Shown: in pieces, positions 56,292-64,000 of the stretch
How the letters are laid out: each line of letters begins with the position of its first letter
Position numbering within the stretch: position 1 is the stretch's first letter
Origin: a virus
Virus record (IMG/VR): IMGVR_UViG_3300017605_001488
Coordinates: 32,876-96,875 of that record
Strand: one strand, 5' to 3'
DNA length: 64,000 bases
Notes under the pieces: generated by a model
Seen by the model: only the letters and a program-made list of their open reading frames with translations
Database searches by the model: none
Told to the model about the DNA's origin: nothing
Made by a program: the position numbers and the translations under genes

Positions 56292-57389
56292 TCAGCCGAA
56301 ACGGTTGGGGGACTTTTCGTCTTCGATCGAATCGTTCATGTCGAGGGGCCACGACACGTCCGACACCACACGCGGCGCACCCTCGACGGGCGCGGCATTG
56401 CTCGAGGCAACGGCATCCCGGGCGGCGGCGGTGGATTCCGCGTTCTTCTTGATCTGTTGGGTCAGCCCAGCGACCTGCGCTTGGAGGTCGGTGAGCTGCT
56501 TCGCCACCGCTGCGGGAATCTCCGCATCGTCGGCTTTGCCGGTCTTGCCCTTGTTCGGCGCCATCGCGCCGGGCGGCGTGTTGTCCGCGCTCGGTCCGGT
56601 GGGCGTAGCCGGAACCGGCTTCTTTTTCTTGGGGTCGTCGGCGGCAGCGGGCGCACCCTTCGCCTTCGAAGTGTCGACGGGCGCGGGGGGCACCACCTCG
56701 CCGAGCAACGACGAGAGGATGTCGATCGCCTGCTGGAAACGCACGAGGCGTTCCTTCTTCATCTTCGATCCGTACTTCGCGAGCGATTCGCGAAGCAGCG
56801 CGGCGTTCGCGGCCTTGTTGATGACGCGCTTGGCTTGGAGCACCGCGAGGCGCTTGCCGAAACCCATCGTCAACGGCGGTCCGGGTTGGTTCGGCTGCTG
56901 CGGCGGCGCGGCGGCACCTTCACCGGCTTCCTCGGCCGGCGGCTCCTGCTGTCCGGTCGTTGCGTAGCACGCGTCCTCGCACATTTCGGCCGCGCCCATC
57001 ATCGCCTCGACGATCGGGCCGGCGTCCATCTGCGTTTCGTCGTCCACGATCTTCGCACCGTCGATCAGCTTCTGCGCGTCCTCGAGCTGGGACAGCACTT
57101 CGTCCATGCAATCGGCGAGCGCCTTCTGCGCGTCCTTCGTGAGCGTCGCGCCGGCCTTCGTGGTCGGTTGCGCATCGGCCGCCGGCGTCGTCGTTGCACC
57201 CGCGCCACCCGCGGGCGTGGTCGTGAGTCCGTTCGGTCCAGCAGTCACGGCGGCTCCGGTGGGCATGGCGTCTCCCTCTCGCTTGACGATCAGAAACTTC
57301 CGACGGTTTGCCGCACGATCGACCATCGACACTTCCTCAGTGATCATCTCGTGGAGGCGATGGACTTGGTCGGTCTTTGCGGTGGTCAC
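56292..57389 (-). CDS. scaffold-like protein with N-terminal EVSxVDxAAN protease strand
   Basis: EEVSMVDRAANRRKFLIVK, low-complexity/coiled body, C-terminal WPLDM; upstream of MCP. Confidence 0.75.
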   Translation of the reverse strand: MTTAKTDQVHRLHEMITEEVSMVDRAANRRKFLIVKREGDAMPTGAAVTAGPNGLTTTPAGGAGATTTPAADAQPTTKAGATLTKDAQKALADCMDEVLSQLEDAQKLIDGAKIVDDETQMDAGPIVEAMMGAAEMCEDACYATTGQQEPPAEEAGEGAAAPPQQPNQPGPPLTMGFGKRLAVLQAKRVINKAANAALLRESLAKYGSKMKKERLVRFQQAIDILSSLLGEVVPPAPVDTSKAKGAPAAADDPKKKKPVPATPTGPSADNTPPGAMAPNKGKTGKADDAEIPAAVAKQLTDLQAQVAGLTQQIKKNAESTAAARDAVASSNAAPVEGAPRVVSDVSWPLDMNDSIEDEKSPNRFG

Positions 57390-57436
57390 GGTTGACCTCA
57401 GTGTGCCTCGTAATGGCACCGTTCGTCAATCGACGT

Positions 57437-59551
57437 TCAGGCGGGCGGTGCGTCGGGCTTTCGGACTGCGGAACCGCCGATGCTGAACCCGGTTAGCTCG
57501 CCCGATTTGCAGGCTTTCCACAGGTCCTCATCCAACACCTTCACCGCCATCACCCACGTGCCAGCCTTGACGGGTTGGCCGTCCGCCTCGAAGTCGCACG
57601 GCGCGATGTAGCTCTCGAGGATCTTGACCTTGTCGTTGATGCCGCCCTTGTGCATCAGTCCGATGGTCCGATATTTCTGCATGAACTCGTGCGCGGTGTT
57701 CCGGATTTCATCCGCCGAGTAAATGTCGTTCTGGGCGTCGACGACTTCGGGTTCGAGCACGATGCCGAGCACGTAGTGCTCATCGCCCTTCTCGGTCTTC
57801 TTTCCGATGCGCACCACACGCTTCGATACCTCGGCAACGACCGCATCGTCGCCCGACTCGTCGTCGGCGATGGATGCGAATGCATCGGCCAACGCCTTTT
57901 CGAGATCGACTTCGGCGACATCGCCCTTGATCGACTTCGTGTGTGCCGCGTGGTGGGCTGCCTGCGCGGTGTGATGCGCAGCGATGGTCGGGTACTTCGC
58001 GTTCGCGTGCGCCGCCGCTTGGTGCATCGACGATGCAACCATGTGCTCGGTCTTGTTCCCCGACGCGTTCGCCCGTGCGCCGGCTGCATTCGCTGCCGCC
58101 GACACCTTCGACCCCGGACTGTTCTGCAACGTCGGTTTGCCTTTGCCACCGCCGCCACCGTGTCCACCACCGCCGCCGGTGTATTGATTCGCGCGGCCCT
58201 TCTGGGTGTCCTCGAGCATGCGACGTGCGTGCGCTTGCAGCGATTCCTTCTTGTCCGCACCGATGGACGATTGCGGAATGCGTGCGACGGCGTTGCGCAA
58301 GTGCGGCACGTCGATCTTGCCGTCCTTGTCCTTGTACGGGAAGTGACGCAACGACCGCGGCTTCGTCTTCCCCTCGCCGTCTTTCTCTCCGCCGCCTTCG
58401 ACGTACAGGAACGCGCCGTCGGGCAGGTCGTTGACGTACGCGGCGGACCACTCCGCCTTGTCGAGCGGCGTGTCGATGTACTCGATGCGCGTGTCGTGCT
58501 CGAGCGCGTGCGACGCCACGAACAACCGATTGGCTGCGTCGTCGGTGGCGACTTTGAACACCCGACCGAGCAACGCCATCGACGTGCGCGCGACGGGCGT
58601 GTCGTCGAATTCAACCACCCACGGTGCGACGGCTTCGCCTTTCGCGAGCTCGTCGACGACCTCGTCGAGCTGTTCGATCGTTGCCGCCGACAACACGAGA
58701 CAATCGGTTTCGCTCTTGAGCGTGTCGCGCCACGTCGGATCGACCAACGGCGTCGACAAGCGCTTCGCGGTCATCGCCGTGGGCAACGCCGTCATCAACA
58801 CGTCGCGAAACGACGTGATGCGTGGTTCGCCCTTGCCGACGGTGTTGTCGTCGGGCTCGTACAGGAACAGCTGCTCGATGCACAGGCGGATGTCCCCGTC
58901 CACGACCTTCACGAGTCGTTCGTCGAAGAAGTTGCTGTCCACCAACGCGTTGCGCACGGCGGCGGCCTCGTTCGGATCGGTGCGCTTCCAATACGCGTAC
59001 TTCTCCGGAACGACGCGCTCGAGTGACTTCGGCAACGCACTCGATCCCGCGGGCGGCATGATGCCGGCTTTGACGGCGGCCTTCGACAACACGTACGGCA
59101 CGAGTGCCTTGCTGACGCTCGCGCCCCACGAACCGTCCGGCTTCCGCTTGACGAGCAGAATGCCGTTCATGTCGACGCCCTTGGTCACGAAGTATTCGTG
59201 GATGTCGTCGGTGTGCAGCCCGTACTCGATGCGCGGGCCGGTCGGGTTCGCTGCCTTCGCGATGGGGGCTTCGACGGTGGCGACGCACTCCGATGCGAGC
59301 GCCGACGGCAACGGCAACGGCAACACCGCAGGCGAACGCACGAGCGCGAATGCCCACGTGGCTTTCGCGAGCGCGAGCCGCGCGAACCCCTTGCCCATCA
59401 CGACGGATGCGACCTCGGCGTCACCCGGCGCGAGGTCGGGTTGCGGTGCCGTGTCAAGCGGCAGCGCCATCTGTCGCGTGTCCGCGAGCGCGACCTTCGC
59501 CACCGGAATGATGCGGTGACGAACCCGCGCCCGTCGTTCGATCACGTGCAC
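57437..59551 (-). CDS. multidomain head protein with C-terminal XkdF-like (S78-type) prohead protease
   Basis: VLGIVLEP..VDAQND, GLMH, ESYIAP, GTWVM, GELTGFSIGG; internal NDLPD..F..RHFP..PHLRNA.AR module. Confidence 0.85.
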   Translation of the reverse strand: MHVIERRARVRHRIIPVAKVALADTRQMALPLDTAPQPDLAPGDAEVASVVMGKGFARLALAKATWAFALVRSPAVLPLPLPSALASECVATVEAPIAKAANPTGPRIEYGLHTDDIHEYFVTKGVDMNGILLVKRKPDGSWGASVSKALVPYVLSKAAVKAGIMPPAGSSALPKSLERVVPEKYAYWKRTDPNEAAAVRNALVDSNFFDERLVKVVDGDIRLCIEQLFLYEPDDNTVGKGEPRITSFRDVLMTALPTAMTAKRLSTPLVDPTWRDTLKSETDCLVLSAATIEQLDEVVDELAKGEAVAPWVVEFDDTPVARTSMALLGRVFKVATDDAANRLFVASHALEHDTRIEYIDTPLDKAEWSAAYVNDLPDGAFLYVEGGGEKDGEGKTKPRSLRHFPYKDKDGKIDVPHLRNAVARIPQSSIGADKKESLQAHARRMLEDTQKGRANQYTGGGGGHGGGGGKGKPTLQNSPGSKVSAAANAAGARANASGNKTEHMVASSMHQAAAHANAKYPTIAAHHTAQAAHHAAHTKSIKGDVAEVDLEKALADAFASIADDESGDDAVVAEVSKRVVRIGKKTEKGDEHYVLGIVLEPEVVDAQNDIYSADEIRNTAHEFMQKYRTIGLMHKGGINDKVKILESYIAPCDFEADGQPVKAGTWVMAVKVLDEDLWKACKSGELTGFSIGGSAVRKPDAPPA

Positions 59552-59566
59552 GATGACCTCCGCGGA

Positions 59567-60757
59567 TTAGCGCTGCGCCCAGGGGTCCTTCCCCCACGAG
59601 TCGTCCTGTCCGCTGCCGACGGCCACGGACTTCGTGACCTTGGCGGGCGGCGGCGGGGCGTTGTCCATCTTCGTCGTGCGGATGCGTGCGCCATCGGCGT
59701 CACGCGGGAAGTCCGCCATGTCGCCGGGCCACTGGAACTCACCACCGGCCGGGGCGCGCTTCGACAACGCATCCGCGCCATCCGAACGTGCTGCCGACGG
59801 CGTGCCGGGTTGCGGCTTGTTGTTCGCGGTGAAGTCCCGCACGATCGCGGCGACCGCATCACCGAGCGTCTTCATCGTGTCTTGGTTCCCCTGGTTGAGG
59901 CCGTTCGACGCGATGTTCGTTCCGCCCGACGGGTTGCCGGTGTTGTCCTGCACCGCGCCGGCGGCGGCTTGCGTGGTTTCCTGATCCGTCTTCGTGGTCA
60001 GGTCCTCGGGCGTTCCGGGCAACCCCGCGAAGCACGACTCCATCTCCACGTCGATCGGCTTCGGCTCGGCACCGGTCTGCTCCCATGCGAGCTTCGCGAT
60101 GGCAACCGCCTTCTGCAAGTTCGCCAGCCGCTTCACGCACGCCTCGGGTGCATCGGACTTCGTGGCGGTCAGCTGCGCGAGCGACCACTGCGCGAACACC
60201 TCGGGATTCTCGAACTTCACGGACTTGGCGGCCATGTCTCCTCCTTCTGCTGCTGCCGGTTCGGGGCTGCCGACCGTGTTGAGAATTTCGAGCACCTTTC
60301 CGATCGACGCCTTCGCACCGGCGATGTCGCCTTTACGAAGGAGATCGTTGATGCCCCACATGCGGTCACACACGAAGTTCACCGTGGCCGACAATTCGAC
60401 CTCGGGAGCGAGTGCTTTGGTCACCCACATTTTCATCGTGCCTTGACCATCGGCCGCGCCGTCGAGGTTCATCTGCATGCCGCCCGGGGTGAGCGTGAGC
60501 AACATGCCGGCGATCGTCTTGAGCTCGGAGTCGGAACCGTCGGGCAATCCCGCATCGGTGACCTTCGACGACAACGCGGTCAGGCGTTCGAGCGCATCGC
60601 CGATGACTTGCGCGGGTCCACCCGACGCCTCGGCGGTCGGAGGCGGCGCACCTTCACCACCGGGGGGCGCACCCATGTCGCCGTCGGCGGTACCGGGTGC
60701 TTTGGCGATGGACGCGAGAGCAACGGCGAGCTTGAGGATGAGGGTGCGCGCGTCCAT
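59567..60757 (-). CDS. hypothetical head-module protein (second scaffold-like)
   Basis: AAAGGA RBS; low-complexity linkers; WPGDM near C-terminus. Confidence 0.7.
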   Translation of the reverse strand: MDARTLILKLAVALASIAKAPGTADGDMGAPPGGEGAPPPTAEASGGPAQVIGDALERLTALSSKVTDAGLPDGSDSELKTIAGMLLTLTPGGMQMNLDGAADGQGTMKMWVTKALAPEVELSATVNFVCDRMWGINDLLRKGDIAGAKASIGKVLEILNTVGSPEPAAAEGGDMAAKSVKFENPEVFAQWSLAQLTATKSDAPEACVKRLANLQKAVAIAKLAWEQTGAEPKPIDVEMESCFAGLPGTPEDLTTKTDQETTQAAAGAVQDNTGNPSGGTNIASNGLNQGNQDTMKTLGDAVAAIVRDFTANNKPQPGTPSAARSDGADALSKRAPAGGEFQWPGDMADFPRDADGARIRTTKMDNAPPPPAKVTKSVAVGSGQDDSWGKDPWAQR

Positions 60758-60800
60758 CGGTGCGGTGTCCTTTCGGTTGAGTGCTCTACGGATACCACAA

Positions 60801-61178
60801 TCAGGGCTTGATGATTAGTGGTACCTGTGCGGGGGTCGGAACATCGATGCGGAGGCCCTGATCGCGGTGCAACGGGTCGGCGATTTCCGCCCCCCACGTC
60901 GCCCGCTCGGCATCGCGCTCGGGGTTGTACGGTGCCCCGTCGAGCTTGCAGCGGAGGTAGATGGGCATCATGTCGAGGATGCGCGCCACCGGCCACTTCA
61001 AGTCCGACCGGAGCTCACAGAAGATTGCGACGCACATGTCGAACCGGCGCTTGATTTCGGCGCGCGTTTCGGGCGATCGATCCGCCACCATCGACGACGC
61101 GACGTGCTCCGCGATGGCGTTGGTCACGCGTCCGACATCACCGTCGACCACAAGTTGTGCGAGCGCTCCGGGCTTCAT
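60801..61178 (-). CDS. hypothetical protein
   Basis: AAGGAG RBS. Confidence 0.7.
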   Translation of the reverse strand: MKPGALAQLVVDGDVGRVTNAIAEHVASSMVADRSPETRAEIKRRFDMCVAIFCELRSDLKWPVARILDMMPIYLRCKLDGAPYNPERDAERATWGAEIADPLHRDQGLRIDVPTPAQVPLIIKP

Positions 61179-61203
61179 GTCGTTTCTCCTTACGGTAGCA
61201 CAG

Positions 61204-62271
61204 CTAGAACACGGGGATGATGCGCGACCGGCAATTGCCGTGGACGGGCGGGACGGTCACGCCGCGTGAGGACAGCTCGCCGTCGCTCAGCACGGGTTTG
61301 AATCCGCCCTGCGCATTGAGCCGACCCATCGCGTTGTCGGTGACGTTCGCCACTCGCACGCGTTCGCCCTCCTTGTCCTTGTAGTACAAGTACGAGCTCC
61401 CATCGTCGTCGGTGCCTTCGCCCAACCACGGCGTGATGTGCGCCACCGATTCGGGGTCTTCCGCGGTGGCGACCGCGGCGGCCTTCGCCAACGCGACGGA
61501 TACGTCGAACGTGCGCCCGTGCAGGAACCGGCACTGCAACGTCGTCACCTCGTCGAGCACCGCCTCGAACTTGTACTGCTCGATGCCGACCTCGTTGAAC
61601 GAATCGAGCGACGCATAGTTGCGTGCGCGGTTGATGAACACGCCCGCGGCCATGCGGTAGTAGCTTTCCGACCGCGTGCCGAGCACACCCAACGCCGTTT
61701 TCAATTCGCCGGCGAGCTCGATGGGCCCCAACCCCTCGCGAATGCCGCGCGACACGACACCGCGGGCGAGCTCGCTGGCTTGTTCGCTGCGTCGTCCGTA
61801 CGCGTCCCGCACGTAGTGTTCCTGCTGCGATGCCACGCGTGCCGCGACCTTCTCATCCTTCTCGGTGAATGACGAGCCGAGCTTGAGGTCGTATTTGCCC
61901 GACACGCGCTCCTTCGTCGTGGTGATGATCGTTCGGGCGGCGCGCTCGAACACACGCACGACCTTCTTGCCGACGATGCGCCCGATGGCCGACATCGCAC
62001 CGACGGCGGTGGCGATGTGCTTGACGCGCTCCTCGGCCGCCATCGCCTTCCAGTCCTTGCGTGCGAGGTCGTCAATGATCGATTGGATGGCGCGGCGTTC
62101 GTCGTCGTCGGATGTCGAAGACAATTCGTCGGTCAACCGTCCGACGAGCACGAGGTAGTCACGGTCCTTCGTCGGGTCGAGCGCCTTGCGTACGTCGACG
62201 CCGTACACGCGCTTGATGATGTCCTCGGCGGCGAACGCACCACCACGCGCAACGCTACTTCGCGGTGTCAT
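61204..62271 (-). CDS. head morphogenesis protein (SPP1 gp7 / Mu gpF-like)
   Basis: AVLDEVTT..CR.LHG, PP.HGNCRS; follows portal; start uncertain. Confidence 0.88.
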   Translation of the reverse strand: MTPRSSVARGGAFAAEDIIKRVYGVDVRKALDPTKDRDYLVLVGRLTDELSSTSDDDERRAIQSIIDDLARKDWKAMAAEERVKHIATAVGAMSAIGRIVGKKVVRVFERAARTIITTTKERVSGKYDLKLGSSFTEKDEKVAARVASQQEHYVRDAYGRRSEQASELARGVVSRGIREGLGPIELAGELKTALGVLGTRSESYYRMAAGVFINRARNYASLDSFNEVGIEQYKFEAVLDEVTTLQCRFLHGRTFDVSVALAKAAAVATAEDPESVAHITPWLGEGTDDDGSSYLYYKDKEGERVRVANVTDNAMGRLNAQGGFKPVLSDGELSSRGVTVPPVHGNCRSRIIPVF

Positions 62272-64000
62272 CGGTGACGGTCTCCACCGGGACGGCGTCG
62301 GTGATGGCGGACTTGGGAATGCGCCCCTCGAGCTCGGCACGCTTCTCGCGATAGAACTCGTGCGCCGCTGCGGTGGCTTCGGCATCGAGCAACGCATCGC
62401 GAATTGCGAGCAACCGCTTCGCCGCACCCGCCGCCGTGTTGTCGGTGGCCGAACGCGGTGGCAATCGACGGAATCGTCGCGCGCCCGAATGCATCGCCAA
62501 CAACCCGCCCTGCGTTTGCAGGTCGTGCACGGTCAACGTGCCCTCGGCGCCCTGCGGCATCGGCGCACCGGCGATCGAATCGCCCATGTCGCCGCCGCCG
62601 ATGTCCTTCGATTGCGGGCCGTACTGCTGCAAGTGCTTCTGCTTCACGCGTTCGAGGTGTTCCCCGATTGTGAGGTCGCCCGCCGGGTCGGGCGAACCGT
62701 CCGGCAGCGTTTTCGGTTTGAGCCCGTACGCCGTGCGCGCCTCGTTGACGGTGACGACGTGACCCAACGCGGTCGCGGTGATGTGCGGCGGTTGTCCCGA
62801 CGCCTTCTCCTCCGCGAATGCACCGCGCGGGATGAGCGGATCGTCCTCGCCGGTCCACGGCGTGCTCGTCGGGTCGGTCGGCGAGATGCCCGCGAGCGTG
62901 AGTGGCACCGGTTGCTTGGTCCACGCGGCATCGATGGCCGGGAACTCCTTGTTGAAAATGTCGGCGCAGATTTCACGCGCCTCGGCCGGGGTGAGGATGT
63001 TCGCGAGCACGAGGTCCTTGACCATCGTGGCCAGGTCCTTCGGGTCGTTGACCGTCGGGGAGTTGCTGGCGAACCGCCAATACTTGCACCCGATGGCCGG
63101 GATGATTCGACGGTTGATGATGAAGTCGAACTCCTCACGTTCGGGTTGGAACACCTGCTGCTCAGCGAACTCGAGCGCCGCCTCGGCCGATGCACGATTG
63201 AAGTCGCGGATGTCCCCGCGCAGCATGCGCGGCAACCGGAACGACATGCCGACCTTGTCGATGTTGCGCTCGTCGTAGTTCTGGAACAACGCGTCCTTGT
63301 TCTGCGCGTCGGTCAATGGCTTGAGCTCGATCCGCATCTTGCCGGGGTTCTCAAGCGTCGACCCACCGTCACCGATGGCCTCGAGAATGAGAATCTTGTG
63401 GAAGTTCTTTTTCCCTTTGATCTCCGACCCGATGTAGTCCTCGATGCGTTTGACTGTGGCGTCGGACACGCGACCACCGTTCACGAGCAGCGCCAACGGC
63501 GGGACGGACTTGTTCTCGAAGTACAGGTAATTGACCTCCTCGGCTTGGCGCGAGCCGAGCACCGACAGGAGGTTGCCGATCCATCGCGGGACACCGTACG
63601 CGGTGCGGGACGAATGCACCTTGAAGTGCAGCACCTCGGTTGCCGGTGCATCGTTCGCGTTGGCCGTGCGCAGCTCCTCCTCGGTCTCGTACACCTTGCC
63701 GGTCATCCGACTGATGATGCGCGGGTCGCCGAACTCCTTGAAGTAGACGGTGAACGCCTCGAACACCTGCACGAACTTTCGCAGTTGCTTCTTCCGCTTG
63801 ACGGCCTTGAGTGCGATGGAGCTCACACGCTGTTGCACGACCACCTCGGTGAGCGCCTTGTCGAGCGGCAACAACCGCATCGTGAACCCGGGGATGTACA
63901 CGAACCCCGCCGGCTCGCCGGCACCGTTGCGCAACACCTCGACGTACCCGTTGCCGAGCACTTCAAGGTCCTGGCGCAGCTTTCGGCGCAACGAAACGAA
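62255..64000 (-). CDS. portal protein (PBSX-like), 5' end outside window
   Basis: DLE..GNGY.E, EVLHF, YGVP.W, YFEN...P, FRLP...G, NRASA, LTP.EAR. Confidence 0.92.
   Translation of the reverse strand, partial: FVSLRRKLRQDLEVLGNGYVEVLRNGAGEPAGFVYIPGFTMRLLPLDKALTEVVVQQRVSSIALKAVKRKKQLRKFVQVFEAFTVYFKEFGDPRIISRMTGKVYETEEELRTANANDAPATEVLHFKVHSSRTAYGVPRWIGNLLSVLGSRQAEEVNYLYFENKSVPPLALLVNGGRVSDATVKRIEDYIGSEIKGKKNFHKILILEAIGDGGSTLENPGKMRIELKPLTDAQNKDALFQNYDERNIDKVGMSFRLPRMLRGDIRDFNRASAEAALEFAEQQVFQPEREEFDFIINRRIIPAIGCKYWRFASNSPTVNDPKDLATMVKDLVLANILTPAEAREICADIFNKEFPAIDAAWTKQPVPLTLAGISPTDPTSTPWTGEDDPLIPRGAFAEEKASGQPPHITATALGHVVTVNEARTAYGLKPKTLPDGSPDPAGDLTIGEHLERVKQKHLQQYGPQSKDIGGGDMGDSIAGAPMPQGAEGTLTVHDLQTQGGLLAMHSGARRFRRLPPRSATDNTAAGAAKRLLAIRDALLDAEATAAAHEFYREKRAELEGRIPKSAITDAVPVETVTDDTAK

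Noticed and set aside
1-64000. tRNA genes, integrase/att sites, introns or inteins
   Set aside because: None recognised by eye; polymerase, helicases and portal look uninterrupted. tRNAscan-SE would be needed to exclude tRNAs formally

Overview
The window is a ~64 kb internal segment of a high-GC tailed bacteriophage or prophage with a contractile tail; almost all genes are on the minus strand. Read in transcription order from right to left, it starts with the head genes: portal (truncated by the window edge), head-morphogenesis protein, two scaffold-like proteins, XkdF-type prohead protease, major capsid protein and decoration proteins. Next come neck, tail sheath, tube, chaperone, tape measure, baseplate, FN3/Ig virion proteins and tail fibre, then an unusual lysis-type cassette containing a papain-family cysteine protease. 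A short convergent plus-strand block carries a Holliday-junction-resolvase-like nuclease and a signal-peptide lytic transglycosylase-like protein. The early/replication arm holds an AAA ATPase and VWA-metallopeptidase module behind three copies of a conserved promoter, a sigma-like factor, a ParB-like protein, an SF2 helicase, an initiator with internal iterons, a DnaB-like helicase, primase, UDG-fused family A DNA polymerase, UvsY-like protein, SSB and Mre11/Rad50. It ends with a collagen-like lipoprotein, a divergent QueE-like radical SAM enzyme and the start of a GH25 muramidase. I saw no integrase, terminase, tRNA or CRISPR array. The most notable observations are: TANNNT -10 boxes 6-7 nt before SD-less starts (leaderless expression, often reusing the upstream TAG stop); an apparently split prohead protease; a C1 protease in the lysis slot; a QueE with altered active-site motifs; a recurring intergenic CCGCAC-N1-3-TAG hairpin motif; and a lambda-like origin. 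All calls come from motif recognition by eye. No database searches were run, and many starts were refined by hand from the ORF track.
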